Below the pieces are notes generated by a model that was not told the origin of the DNA, ran no database searches, and worked only from the letters and a program-made list of their open reading frames with translations. 38,024 bases of DNA from IMG/VR virus record IMGVR_UViG_3300002098_000077, positions 1 through 38,024 of that record; one strand, written 5' to 3'. This document shows positions 16,301-25,935 of this stretch, one piece after another. The stretch comes from a virus (lineage: Duplodnaviria; Caudoviricetes). The stretch's first letter is position 1; every line of letters begins with the position of its first letter. The position numbers were made by a program, and so were the translations under genes.

Positions 16301-16982
16301 TTGTTCCAGTTGTCACTGTCGCTGGCGTTCCGGCAGTCCCTGTCGCGCCTTGCGGAATCGTAAAGTTAAACACCGCCGCCGATGATGTGCCAGCATTGGC
16401 AACTGTCGCAGATGTTCCGGGTGCGCCGGTAGACGTTGTTCCGACCGCAATAGTTGCAGCAGCACCGGCAGACCCAGTGCCGCCCGTTGCGCCAATTGGC
16501 CCTTGTGGAACTACAAAATTGAAAACAGCAGCAGAACTTGTACCAGAGTTAGTAACAGCAGCAGATGAACCGGGTGCGCCGGTTGTAGTCGTACCAGCGG
16601 CAATAGTTGCAGCGGCCCCATTTGTGCCGTTTGTCCCGTTAGTTCCGTTTGTACCGTTAATCCCGTTTGTACCAGCAGCGCCGCGAGGAATTGTGAAATC
16701 AAAAACAGCATCCGATTCCGTGCCTGAGTTGACTACAGAGGCATCAGTACCAGCCGCGCCAGTGGTTGTTGTTCCAATGTTTAAAGTCGCACCACCCGGC
16801 CCTGCTGGGCCTTCCGGCCCCATTGGGCCAATAAATCCACGATCAATGTTGATCGTCTGCCGTGCAGTTGGCGTTACCTCAACAAGTAAATTATTACCAC
16901 CAGCAACAGTTACATCAGTATTGTTGACTGTGACTGAAATGTCATTTACTTCCCCTTGTGTGATTATTAGGGATGTTGCCAT
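13326..16982 (-). CDS. long tail fibre with collagen-like and tandem repeats (1218 aa)
   Basis: G-X-Y runs, six ~38-aa repeats, four 19-aa repeats, position after tail tip genes. Confidence 0.88.
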   Translation of the reverse strand: MATSLIITQGEVNDISVTVNNTDVTVAGGNNLLVEVTPTARQTINIDRGFIGPMGPEGPAGPGGATLNIGTTTTGAAGTDASVVNSGTESDAVFDFTIPRGAAGTNGINGTNGTNGTNGTNGAAATIAAGTTTTGAPGSSAAVTNSGTSSAAVFNFVVPQGPIGATGGTGSAGAAATIAVGTTSTGAPGTSATVANAGTSSAAVFNFTIPQGATGTAGTPATVTTGTTTTGSAGTSASVTNSGTSSAAVFNFTIPRGDTGATGANGLNGAAATIAAGTTTTGAAGSSATVSNSGTSSAAVFNFTIPRGDTGATGSTGTPGAAATIAVGTTTTGAAGTSAIVTNSGSSSSAVFNFTVPRGADGTNGTNGTNGTNGTNGVSITSVVLTSGTHAPGTLDTYTIYYSNSTQTTFQVYNGANGTGAGSVTSVDLTAPSFLSVSGNPITTAGTLALTYSGTALPIANGGTNTSATPTLGGVTYGTGTALAYTPTGSSGQFLTSAGAGAPTWTSATALAGAVGYYGAYHDTSTVTATSTTTAYVMNIGSIDLQNGVSIVGGTKITVANAGIYNLQFSAQLSNPNSAIADVSVWLRLNGVDLTDGAGTNGVPAKHGANNGLQIISWNYVLSLAAADYLELVWHSDIANVQLITFPATTGPAVPESPSLIVTIGAQSQIGIGYYGQTSTTSTTIATGSKTFTVGIPATTTAFTVGTRVRFAYTTTPSNFMEGIITSFSGTSMVVNVDLIGGSGTFAIWAVSVAGNQGTGAVTSVTGTSPIASSGGTTPAISLSAAYGDTLNPYASKTANFVLAAPNGAAGVPVFRAVVATDIPTLNQNTTGNAATATNVAYSGLTGTVPTWNQNTTGNAATVTTNANLTGGVTSVGNAATVVTNANLTGMVTSVGNATTVVTNANLTGGVTSVGNATTVVTNANLTGAVTSFGNATSLGSFTSLQLLTALTDETGSGANVFATSPTLVTPVLGTPTSGNFSTGTFTWPTFNQNTTGTAANITGTSNSTLTTLSALSLPGSQVSGNISGNSANVTGTVAVANGGTGTATPALVAGTNVTITGSWPNQTINSTGGSGGSGTVTSIVAGTGLSGGTITTTGTIAIDATVATLIGSQTFTNKTFIGYTETIFAITGTTPAISVANGTIQTWTLSASSTPTNSLNAGQSVTLMIDDGTAYSITWFTISWVGGSAPVLATTGYTVIELWKVGTVTYGALVGSA
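14165..14393 (-). repeat. 57-bp coding tandem repeat x4 (TNANLTGxVTSxGNAxxVV); boundaries approximate
   Basis: Visible in the translation. Confidence 0.85.
15905..16795 (-). repeat. six repeats ATIxxGTTTTGAxGxSAxVxNSGTSSAAVFNFTIPRG separated by short collagen triplets; boundaries approximate
   Basis: Visible in the translation. Confidence 0.88.
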
Positions 16983-17462
16983 TTAGTTCACCACGCCATC
17001 AGAACGAACCAAGAACAAAAGGAAAATAATGGAATCTTGCGCTGGCGTTGTGCCACTTACAGGAAACGAAATCTTGATGCGGCCAGAAAACGCTACCGGA
17101 TTAACAGCAGAGATATCAAGCTGCGCGTCACCAGCAATAACAGACCATGCCGATTCATCAAGCACCAATGTAAACAGACCGCTTGCATCAGTACGATTGG
17201 TGATCGTTAGCGTAACTGGCGCTGGCTCTGGAAGATAGTCGGCAATGTCAAACGACAAGCCGTAACGTGTGTCGACCAAATTGCTAACGTTGCGGCGAAG
17301 AATCTGCGCTGAGATTGTCGCGCCGGTCAGATCAACCGGAACGCCTTCATTGGCGAAAGTCAGATTCCAGAATGTTTTCTGAGCATAGACCAGTTCACCG
17401 GCAATGATTGGATTGTCAAATCCGCTGATTTGCGTCAGGGTATTTTTTGAAAATAAAGCCAT
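16983..17462 (-). CDS. fibre-anchoring / BppU-like baseplate protein
   Basis: PVDLTGATISAQI motif; directly upstream of the fibre gene; AAGGGGG SD. Confidence 0.6.
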   Translation of the reverse strand: MALFSKNTLTQISGFDNPIIAGELVYAQKTFWNLTFANEGVPVDLTGATISAQILRRNVSNLVDTRYGLSFDIADYLPEPAPVTLTITNRTDASGLFTLVLDESAWSVIAGDAQLDISAVNPVAFSGRIKISFPVSGTTPAQDSIIFLLFLVRSDGVVN

Positions 17463-17464
17463 GA

Positions 17465-17525
17465 TTCCCCCTTCTGGGTGATGACGCGCCCCATGAACTC
17501 ACGGGGTCGCGTATGGATTATCGCA
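17465..17525 (-). promoter_or_regulatory. putative internal promoter and leader hairpin of the fibre module
   Basis: TGcGATAAT extended -10 (17517-17525) then ACGCG-A-CCCCGUGA-GU-UCAUGGGG-CGCGU hairpin (17484-17512). Confidence 0.5.
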
Positions 17526-17551
17526 AATCTTACATAAATGCCTATTAAAAA

Positions 17552-18481
17552 TCACCACATTACGATTACGCCACCAGTGCCACCGCCAGCGCCCCCTTCA
17601 TATAAAATGGATGTATTCCCAATTCCTCCGTAAACGCCACCGCCGTTACCCGGATAATTTGAAGTTCCATTAGCGCCATTTGAGCCGAGTCCAAATGCTA
17701 TACCTCCGACTGCAACTGGTGTCCCACCACCCCCACCACCCCCCCCAGAAAATCCATTACCACCAGCGCCGCCACTCATACTTTGTGAGCCATATGCGCC
17801 TCCATGAGCAATAGCCCAAGTTGACGTCCCAAAAGGTTGCGGAGTTGAAGCTGGCATATATGTAATTTTTGTTCCAGTTGTACTAAAAGCGCCATTTGCT
17901 ACATCTGCTGGGCCAGAAGAAAAACTGCCTCCTCCAGCCCCTCCAGTTGCTGTCGCAAAACTTCCAAAAGATGTCGTCCCTCCTGCTGCCCCGTATGCAT
18001 TATTTCCACCGCCATTACCTCCAGCCCCTACAGTTACTGTGACTGTTCCAGAAATTCCTGTGACATATGCTATTCCCATACCACCTTGGCCTCCAGAACC
18101 ACCGCCGCCATTTCCGTATAATCCACCACCGCCACCTCCACCGCCACCAAATAAAATTACTTGAACGTTAGTAATTCCTGTTGGCACTGTAAATGTCCCA
18201 CTGGATAAAAATACTTGAGCCTGTGGGCCAGCGGATGCAGTTCCGTTGATCGTAATTGCACCAGCAGCATTGACAATTGAAATGCCAGTGCCAGCGGTCA
18301 AATTCGCCAGCGTGTAATTTGTACCATTGCCAATTGGAATTTTTCCATTGGTGGGCGTTGTGGTCAATGCCAAACCACCATTGGCAATCGGTACTGCATT
18401 TACAAGACCAGTATCTGCTGCCAGCTTACCGGCTGAGTTGACGTTGTTGGCAAGTTGCGCCAAATTAAATGCTTGAGTCAT
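17552..18481 (-). CDS. glycine-rich tail/fibre protein
   Basis: SGTFTVPTGITNVQVILFGGGGGGG, VTVTVGAGG; poly-Gly tracts. Confidence 0.8.
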   Translation of the reverse strand: MTQAFNLAQLANNVNSAGKLAADTGLVNAVPIANGGLALTTTPTNGKIPIGNGTNYTLANLTAGTGISIVNAAGAITINGTASAGPQAQVFLSSGTFTVPTGITNVQVILFGGGGGGGGGLYGNGGGGSGGQGGMGIAYVTGISGTVTVTVGAGGNGGGNNAYGAAGGTTSFGSFATATGGAGGGSFSSGPADVANGAFSTTGTKITYMPASTPQPFGTSTWAIAHGGAYGSQSMSGGAGGNGFSGGGGGGGGTPVAVGGIAFGLGSNGANGTSNYPGNGGGVYGGIGNTSILYEGGAGGGTGGVIVMW

Positions 18482-21400
18482 TACGCTGCTCCCGTTCTAC
18501 TATATGTTGTTTGTTGAAGAATGTTCAAACTTGTCGTTGGCGTTGTTGTCAAACTATACGTGCCAGTGCCAGTTGTGTAATCACTGGTGAGTGTTTGCAA
18601 TGCACCATTGTTATAAAGCTCAAAAGCGTTTTGGTCTAGGTTAAACGTGTAATTTGGCTGGCTAGGAATTGTATTCGTACTTACACTAAATTGATTTCCA
18701 ATAGCGGTAGTCAAATTATTTTGTGTAAATTGAATTACATTTAACAACCCTGTTGTAACTGCTGGAAAATTAGTAATTGCTCCAGAAATTAAATCATAAT
18801 CTTGGTCGTTAACAGAAACGCCGTTTAAAAACAGTTTTTCGTTTCCGCTGGCAAGCGCATAAGAAGTGGGCGTGTAAGTTGTTGCAGAAGTTAATGTATC
18901 TGACCACCGACTAAATACGCGATAACTTAAACCACTTGCCCGATATTGATAAAAGATTTGCCCAGCCGAAACGCCGGTAACAGTTGTGGTGTAAGTTACT
19001 TGCCGCGTAGCTGGATTCCATGCTGACACGGTGTATTGAGTTGGCGTTCCAGTGTTTAAAAACGTATGAATATCCCCAGCATCAATTGTTGTAAATGGCA
19101 AAGATGTCGATGTATATGTCACAACTGTTGTTGCTACTGATTGAACAATACAATTAAACGCAACATAAGAAATTCCAGAACTAATTGCCCTCATTGAAAT
19201 GATGGTAATTACATCACCAATTGTTGCGCCAGTTCCAAGCGTAACAGTTGTGCTTGATTCCGTGTAATCGCCGCCATTAAGCAACGCACCATTTTTAAAT
19301 ACAAAATCCATTCCAGTAAGATAATTTGCTTGTCTTGCTGTTGGCGTAAATACTGTTTGTCCTGATGTTGCCACCGCACTATAACGCGTGTAATAAAAGC
19401 TATCGGGCGTAATGAATCCCAAAACGCGACCATACACATCAATTGTTAACAATGCTGCCGCACCGGTCAATGTCTGAACGCCAGCACCAAAATCAAGTAA
19501 CTGAGACAGTGACGCAACAACTTTGCCGTTTGCATTGTTTGTAATCGCAATCTCACCAGCGCCAATACTTGTCGTTCCGGTTTCAATAAGCTGGCCCGTC
19601 CTAGCATCAAGATCAATAAAATTTGAACCAGTTGGTAGTGCGCTCCAAATAGATGGGTCAAAAATGGTTGTCTGAGCCGGAACGTAACGCGCCGTACCCG
19701 CGGAATATGTAGCTTGACCCGATGCAAAACTAAACTTGCGCCCTTGTCGATTTGTGTAAAGCAAATAATTGCTTGTACCAAAAGTGGGGTCAGCTAAAAA
19801 CCATGTGTAATCTGTTGGAGCTGTGGAAAAATTGCTGGATGCTGAATTCAAAATACCGTAATAACTTTTACCAGTAGGTGAAGCATTCAAGCCAGTTCCG
19901 GCAATATCATCGCCATAAGCAATCACCGCATAACGCTCGACATATTGAAACGTTGTTGGCCTCCACCGCAGAATGCTAGACGAAGCAGAAAATGCGCTTT
20001 TACCCAATCCATTGACCATGCAAACAGAAAAATACCAATCACCGCTTGGGATGTTTGCCAGCGTTACCGTTCCCATAGTTGCACTTGGCGTATATGGATT
20101 TCCGTTTGGATTGATGCTTGTCGTACCGGCAAAGATGCGCTGAGTGCTTGTTGGGTTTGGATATGCTGAGTAATAGACTTCTGCGTATTGCGTAATGCCC
20201 GATGCAGCAGCAGTCACCAAAACCCCAAATGATGGGTTGGTGATAGATGGCTGTAAATTCACAACAGACGGCGCTGTGAGTGTTCCAAATGCTAATGGTG
20301 ACCCAATACCAGTGTTTGGTGCTGGCGTGAACTGGGTGATGCTAACGTCATCATAAACAGTTGCGTTGTACTCCATCAGCGACAAGGTTGCCGTGATGCT
20401 GCCGTCATCATTAAAATTCTCAACCACTTGACTGATGCGGAATAGCTTTGCCGTCCATCCGTAATTCACATTAGTCAACGTCACAATGTCGCCAGCTTCA
20501 AGCTGCAATCCGATATAGCTGATTGAAAGTTTGACCTGCAAATCTTCACGTCCAGCTTTTAGAAATCGGTTCGCTAAATACTGTGCGCGAACACCGTTAT
20601 TAACCAACGGCAAATTTATAGACTGTTTATTTACCGGTTCATTTGGGTACATCAATGACGGGTTGATAACTGCAAGGTTATAAGTTGCGGTATCAAAAGC
20701 GTCTTGACTTGTTCCATTTGGGAATTTAACTTCAGCGACATTAAAACTACTGGCAATGTCTGTTGGTGAAATTTGGATTGAAGAAATGACATTTGAGTCA
20801 TTCAAATCCATTGCCACCGTATAAGTTGGAGACTGAACTATTACGCCCCAAGTTGCTGTAATTTCATTGAACCTGACCAGACAATCGCAACTGCTTGCCA
20901 TCAACTGGATGTTGTTCATTATGGTCTGGCTAGTGTCCAACGTCCCATCAAATTGAAATCGCGTCTGTGCCGTCAAAGAACCACCAGAGGTTGTATATGG
21001 GAAACTGCCACTGCAATAAGTATTTAATGCTGTAAAACTTGTTGTGTTTAAATTTGCAATTGGAATTGCTGCGCCGTATCGGGTTGAAGTCAAATAATCA
21101 ACCAGACAATCACCGGGCTGTGTACGTGGATTTGTTACTTGAAATTTAGTTTGCTGCAATCCTGTTAAATTTGCGTTTTGGTTATACGTCATCTTAATAA
21201 TTGCAAACGCACAATTGCTCATCAATTTAGTTGAATCCCACTTATAAACAAGATTTGTATCTTGCATAATTTGGATTGCGCTGGCGCTAGTATTTATACC
21301 AGAATATGACCCGTTGTTAAACAAATAAATGTTCATCAAACCATTGACAGTGTTGTCAGTGATTCCAGTTGACTCATCCAAAAGACCAATAACAAGCGAA

Positions 21401-21804
21401 GTATCAGTAGTGTCAAACAAGCATTTTTTGCCACCAAAATAAATGCTTCCAAATGTGTATGCATCAGGCGTTCCACCAGTTTCTGTATTTGTAACTTCAG
21501 CAATTGAAAGGACGTAATACAAAATCTGGTTGTTTGTTGTAATGCTGAGATCGGTGACAATGCCACCCAAGTAAGAAGAACCATAGGTTACCGGCAATTT
21601 GTTATCACCAGCAGGAGCAAGTTGCAAACGACTGCCGGGATTGGCTGAGTTTGCATTAATTGATGTGTTATCAATGCTTGGCGCAAATGCCTTGCTGATA
21701 ATCATGGATGCCACCAAGTTAATGGCAAACGCAGTCATCATATATGCGGATGTTCCCGCCATCATGATGCCGTAAATTTCAGCAGCAATAATTGAACCCG
21801 GCAT
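18481..21804 (-). CDS. tail tip / central fibre (J-like) protein
   Basis: 1107 aa; LPVTYG, DCLVDYLTSTRYG, LEAGDIVTLT...FRISQV. Confidence 0.85.
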   Translation of the reverse strand: MPGSIIAAEIYGIMMAGTSAYMMTAFAINLVASMIISKAFAPSIDNTSINANSANPGSRLQLAPAGDNKLPVTYGSSYLGGIVTDLSITTNNQILYYVLSIAEVTNTETGGTPDAYTFGSIYFGGKKCLFDTTDTSLVIGLLDESTGITDNTVNGLMNIYLFNNGSYSGINTSASAIQIMQDTNLVYKWDSTKLMSNCAFAIIKMTYNQNANLTGLQQTKFQVTNPRTQPGDCLVDYLTSTRYGAAIPIANLNTTSFTALNTYCSGSFPYTTSGGSLTAQTRFQFDGTLDTSQTIMNNIQLMASSCDCLVRFNEITATWGVIVQSPTYTVAMDLNDSNVISSIQISPTDIASSFNVAEVKFPNGTSQDAFDTATYNLAVINPSLMYPNEPVNKQSINLPLVNNGVRAQYLANRFLKAGREDLQVKLSISYIGLQLEAGDIVTLTNVNYGWTAKLFRISQVVENFNDDGSITATLSLMEYNATVYDDVSITQFTPAPNTGIGSPLAFGTLTAPSVVNLQPSITNPSFGVLVTAAASGITQYAEVYYSAYPNPTSTQRIFAGTTSINPNGNPYTPSATMGTVTLANIPSGDWYFSVCMVNGLGKSAFSASSSILRWRPTTFQYVERYAVIAYGDDIAGTGLNASPTGKSYYGILNSASSNFSTAPTDYTWFLADPTFGTSNYLLYTNRQGRKFSFASGQATYSAGTARYVPAQTTIFDPSIWSALPTGSNFIDLDARTGQLIETGTTSIGAGEIAITNNANGKVVASLSQLLDFGAGVQTLTGAAALLTIDVYGRVLGFITPDSFYYTRYSAVATSGQTVFTPTARQANYLTGMDFVFKNGALLNGGDYTESSTTVTLGTGATIGDVITIISMRAISSGISYVAFNCIVQSVATTVVTYTSTSLPFTTIDAGDIHTFLNTGTPTQYTVSAWNPATRQVTYTTTVTGVSAGQIFYQYRASGLSYRVFSRWSDTLTSATTYTPTSYALASGNEKLFLNGVSVNDQDYDLISGAITNFPAVTTGLLNVIQFTQNNLTTAIGNQFSVSTNTIPSQPNYTFNLDQNAFELYNNGALQTLTSDYTTGTGTYSLTTTPTTSLNILQQTTYSRTGAA

Positions 21805-22251
21805 TTAGATCACCCAATATTCTTCTAGTTTTGTAAACCCGAACTTTTGATATTGCAAGTCGGGACTATTGACCATCTTACTTATAAAAAATGCAGAGAT
21901 TCGGCCAGAATCTTTTAACGCTTGTCCATGCTCAACATACGCACTTAACAGCCGATAACCACCAGAACTTCCACGCGCATCAGGATTCATCCAATATGCC
22001 ATTTCAGTCATCAACAAATGCTTGGGTGACCATGCGCTTGGTGCAACTTGTGCCAATAGCATTCCTTCGATTTTATCGTCTTCAGCAATAAGCGCAACAC
22101 CGCGTCCAGCCATGATTTCCGTTAATACTCGCGTAATGTAAATTTCATCATCAGCATCATGCAAAAATGGTAATGGAGTTTGTGAACGATATTGACGCAG
22201 CATATCCAATATTGCGGGAATATCAAATGGTGTGGCGTCCCGAACTTTCAT
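21805..22251 (-). CDS. GNAT-fold acetyltransferase-like protein in the tail module
   Basis: VRDATPFDIPAI, YWMNPDARGS, YQKFGF. Confidence 0.75.
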   Translation of the reverse strand: MKVRDATPFDIPAILDMLRQYRSQTPLPFLHDADDEIYITRVLTEIMAGRGVALIAEDDKIEGMLLAQVAPSAWSPKHLLMTEMAYWMNPDARGSSGGYRLLSAYVEHGQALKDSGRISAFFISKMVNSPDLQYQKFGFTKLEEYWVI

Positions 22252-22850
22252 GCCGCTGTTTTCCCGAATTGATAATTAATGGTAGAAATGAAATTCACCC
22301 GATTCATTGATGTATCGCCGGTATTAAATGACTGCCATGCGTTGTCATTGGTGTATCGCCCTGCCGTCCGATTTTGCAGAATCAATTGAAAGCTAGATGC
22401 ACTGATGGTAATCGTCCCTGTAAACGCTCTGGCCTCTTCCATCCATTGCTCTGAAATTGAGAATGAATTGATGTAGCCATTAAAATATTTGTAAAGACCA
22501 CCGGTTGTTGGCGAACCAGATGTGATCAGCACATTGTCAGCATCAAAGAACCCATGCCATAGTTCGATCTGAGAGCCTTTAATGTCCGACCCCAATACCA
22601 ACCCAAGCATTGCCGTATCGATACCCACCAGCGTAATGCTAGTCTCATTGGCGGTGCTTTTAATGTCTCGCTGCGCCCCATTCACTTTTACCAACTGACC
22701 AAGCCCCGAAAACGGCGCTGAATCAATTTGAGAAACAGTGATTGCATAAGGTGCAGTAGAAAACAAATGCGTTGCGCTTGGCATTGTCAGCCGCATGAAA
22801 TCCGCATAGCGAATGACATTTGTATTTTGAACTGGTGCGATATTATTCAC
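22248..22850 (-). CDS. minor tail / hub protein
   Basis: Position two genes after the tape measure; beta-rich. Confidence 0.65.
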   Translation of the reverse strand: MNNIAPVQNTNVIRYADFMRLTMPSATHLFSTAPYAITVSQIDSAPFSGLGQLVKVNGAQRDIKSTANETSITLVGIDTAMLGLVLGSDIKGSQIELWHGFFDADNVLITSGSPTTGGLYKYFNGYINSFSISEQWMEEARAFTGTITISASSFQLILQNRTAGRYTNDNAWQSFNTGDTSMNRVNFISTINYQFGKTAA

Positions 22851-23527
22851 AGGACAACCTCAGTTGCAGAAAATTCACCCGACCATGAAATGAACGAATC
22901 ATTTGTCATTGGCACAAGCGCATATGTTGGGTATGTGCGTAAGACCACCGGAAACGTGACGCCAGTGTACGCTGTCCCACCAAGTGATACCGTAGTGCCA
23001 TATTGACCGATAACAGCAGCAGTGGCCGTTGTGACCGTTGTCATCAATGAACGATGCACGGGAATGTTAACTGTTGATCCACCGCCCCTGACCACATCTG
23101 CTGTAGCAATATAAGCGTACCGGTCAAGCTGGATGAAATCACCGGCTTTAACGACAAAAGCGCCGGACGCAATAGCTGGCAGATTGCCCAGCACAATCGT
23201 CTTATTGATTGATGATGTCTGAATCAATGTCGCCGCAGCCTGTGCGCCACTCATGCCGCCTTGGTAGGCAATGTAATTTAACCAACCAGTTGTGCCGAAA
23301 TTTAGATATTGTTCTGTGATCCTGTCAGCTACGCGCAAAGCCGACAGCACTCCACGGTTTTGCGAGTAAAGCAAATAATTCATTGGCTTTAGGCCAAATT
23401 CAAACGGTTGCACAGTCAAAATTTCTGATGTGCTAATCCGCATATTTCGGCTCATCATCTGACCCGCAAACTTATGGTCATTGATGCTGACAGCCTCAGA
23501 AATTGAAAGTATTGTTTGTAAACTCAT
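22847..23527 (-). CDS. distal tail-like protein
   Basis: Immediately downstream of the tape measure. Confidence 0.65.
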   Translation of the reverse strand: MSLQTILSISEAVSINDHKFAGQMMSRNMRISTSEILTVQPFEFGLKPMNYLLYSQNRGVLSALRVADRITEQYLNFGTTGWLNYIAYQGGMSGAQAAATLIQTSSINKTIVLGNLPAIASGAFVVKAGDFIQLDRYAYIATADVVRGGGSTVNIPVHRSLMTTVTTATAAVIGQYGTTVSLGGTAYTGVTFPVVLRTYPTYALVPMTNDSFISWSGEFSATEVVL

Positions 23528-23536
23528 AACTGACCT

Positions 23537-25933
23537 TTAACGAGACATTGGAATGCCGCGATTTGCAGACTGATAAGCCGACCAGACTGATTGTTTATTT
23601 TTAGCCAAAAACTGAAGGCCAGATTGCGTGTCTATTGCACTCATGCTCTGGATGAATGGGCCATTGTAGTTAATCGTTTGACCACCGCCACCCATCCCTG
23701 ACAATGTGCCATTTGGAATGATCGTTCCAGCAGAACTAGGTACAAACATTTCTGGGCCTTGTTCGCCAACCATATATAGCGAATCACTAGATACTGGGCC
23801 ACCACTTGCTCTTGGCGACCAGCCTCCACCAATATCAATATTGTCTGGAAGATTTGAAGCAACACTTCCTCCAGCGGTATAACCAAAACCGGGGATGCTT
23901 TTCATTGCCATACCAAGCAATGATGTGGCTTGTGCTTTTAATTGAATTGCAATTAAATCTTTAATAACACTTCTTGCGAAATCTCCAAATGCAAGTTTCC
24001 CTGTTTTTACAAAATTATCAATTGCTGTTCCCATATTCCCAAACAATGAAGTAGTCATATCGCCAGCAATTTTTGCAGAATTTGAAGCATCATCCATAAT
24101 GGTTTGTAACGCTGATGTTGCTCCATATTGCAAAGTGCGCTCATTTTCCAAATTAAATACACGGATTGAATGACGTTTACCTTCAAATTCAATTTGAGTT
24201 TTTAACGCATCAATCCTGTTGTTATTTGCTTCTGCTTCTTTGGATAATTCTTCGCCAGCCATTGCCGTAATATATTCAGGCAAAGCATCCATTTGTTTTG
24301 TCAATTTCTCAAGAGATGTTTGATATTCCAAATTTTCTTTTGCTAACAATTTTTCATGTGAACCTAATGCCGCATTTGCATCAATTTGTATTTGCAGCAA
24401 TTCTTTTGCATTATCAATTTCTTTCATTTGAATATCAAATGCAGTTTGATTCCGGTCTAATTTTCTTTGAGTCGCATCTGCCGTTCTAATTTCAAGCCCA
24501 GTCCTATAGCCTTCCAATCGAGTTCTTTCTTGCTCATCTATCAGAATTTGTTCTGTTACTGCCGCTTCTTGAATTTTTTTATTCTTATTGATTTCAAGTT
24601 GTTTACTTTGTTCCGTTAATTTTCCAAGTTCTAATCCAAGCAAAGTTGGATTATTTTTGTACGTATTTTGCAATTCCAGTGCTTTAACTTTTATAGCTTG
24701 TTGAGCATTTATTGAGTCAACAGCAATAGCATTAATAGTTGTAGCATATTTATCCCAAGCTGGAATATTTGCCAACAATTCTGCGCCTTGAGTTTTAATC
24801 CGTTCCGCTTGTGCTGCTGCTGCGGCTGATTTTTCTTCTGGTGTTGATTCGTCAGCTCTACCTGAGATTAAAGAAGGATTCACAGCGCCACGGCCACCAC
24901 CAGCCGCGCTTGGTTCAATTCCCAAACGATACAACGTATCTGTTGAATTTTTACGGCCTCGATTGGCGGCATTACCTGACATTTGATCGTATGTAATAAA
25001 CGCCGCCAAAGCAGCGCCACCTTTTAAAAGCAAACCAACAGGAGTCATCCCGCCAGCAACAATATTAACGCCTACAGCCGCCGCCTCAACTGCCAACAAT
25101 CCTTTTGCCATCCCAAAAAAGGCTTGGCCCATAGAAACAATTGCCGCCACTTTGCTGACTGCAAATGCCACGCCAAGAGCAGCAATTGCAGCTTGAAACC
25201 GTTCAACAGCAATAATATTGTCTCTAGAAAATGGGGCAAGAAATGCGCTAACTGCAATCAATAAATTATTAAAACTTGCAATTAAGTTATCTTTTATCTT
25301 GCTTACTTTTTCAAGTTGATCGCCATATTTTTGCCATCCACCAACGCCATTTTTTAAGATTTCATCAACTTGTTGAACATCAAGCCCAATGCCACCTTTG
25401 CCCAATTGTTTACGCATCATTGCAACGCGTTCAATTGGGTCTGTAATATTACTTAGCGCAGACATGACGCGCCTGATTGCGTCTTCAGGAGAGAGTGCTT
25501 TAATTTCTGAAAACGTTATTCCAATTTTTCGGAATTGATCTACAGCAGATTGATTGCCTAATTTTGCATCTTCAATAGATGTAAACAATTTTCCAATAAT
25601 TTTCCCAGCAGCATCAGCAGATAACCCAGATTTATTTAATGCATCTCCAAATTGAAGTGCGAATCCAGTGCTTATTCCAAACCCTTTTGATAGATCATCA
25701 ATTTTGTCGGCAAATGAAGCAGTCGCCGTAATCAACGCCCCCATGCCAAGCGATCCCAAGCCAATAGCCCCACCCAATGCTTGCCAATGTCCTTTTAGCG
25801 TTTTCAGTTCATCGCCAAGAGCATTAAAAGATTTTTGCAAATCTTTGGCTTGTTGTTTTGCCTTGTCAGTAGCTTTGTCCCATTCAACAGTGACCAAGCC
25901 TAATTTAACGGAAAGTGATCCAATTTGTGCCAT
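23537..25933 (-). CDS. tail tape measure protein
   Basis: IGSLSVKLGL N-terminus, long Ala/helix-rich body, TGKLAFGDFARSVIKDL, RASGGPV..YMVGEQGPEMFVP. Confidence 0.92.
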   Translation of the reverse strand: MAQIGSLSVKLGLVTVEWDKATDKAKQQAKDLQKSFNALGDELKTLKGHWQALGGAIGLGSLGMGALITATASFADKIDDLSKGFGISTGFALQFGDALNKSGLSADAAGKIIGKLFTSIEDAKLGNQSAVDQFRKIGITFSEIKALSPEDAIRRVMSALSNITDPIERVAMMRKQLGKGGIGLDVQQVDEILKNGVGGWQKYGDQLEKVSKIKDNLIASFNNLLIAVSAFLAPFSRDNIIAVERFQAAIAALGVAFAVSKVAAIVSMGQAFFGMAKGLLAVEAAAVGVNIVAGGMTPVGLLLKGGAALAAFITYDQMSGNAANRGRKNSTDTLYRLGIEPSAAGGGRGAVNPSLISGRADESTPEEKSAAAAAQAERIKTQGAELLANIPAWDKYATTINAIAVDSINAQQAIKVKALELQNTYKNNPTLLGLELGKLTEQSKQLEINKNKKIQEAAVTEQILIDEQERTRLEGYRTGLEIRTADATQRKLDRNQTAFDIQMKEIDNAKELLQIQIDANAALGSHEKLLAKENLEYQTSLEKLTKQMDALPEYITAMAGEELSKEAEANNNRIDALKTQIEFEGKRHSIRVFNLENERTLQYGATSALQTIMDDASNSAKIAGDMTTSLFGNMGTAIDNFVKTGKLAFGDFARSVIKDLIAIQLKAQATSLLGMAMKSIPGFGYTAGGSVASNLPDNIDIGGGWSPRASGGPVSSDSLYMVGEQGPEMFVPSSAGTIIPNGTLSGMGGGGQTINYNGPFIQSMSAIDTQSGLQFLAKNKQSVWSAYQSANRGIPMSR

Positions 25934-25935
25934 AG

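Noticed and set aside
15787-16986. 399-aa plus-strand ORF
   Set aside because: Antisense shadow of the Gly/Thr/Ala repeat fibre gene; no SD or family motif
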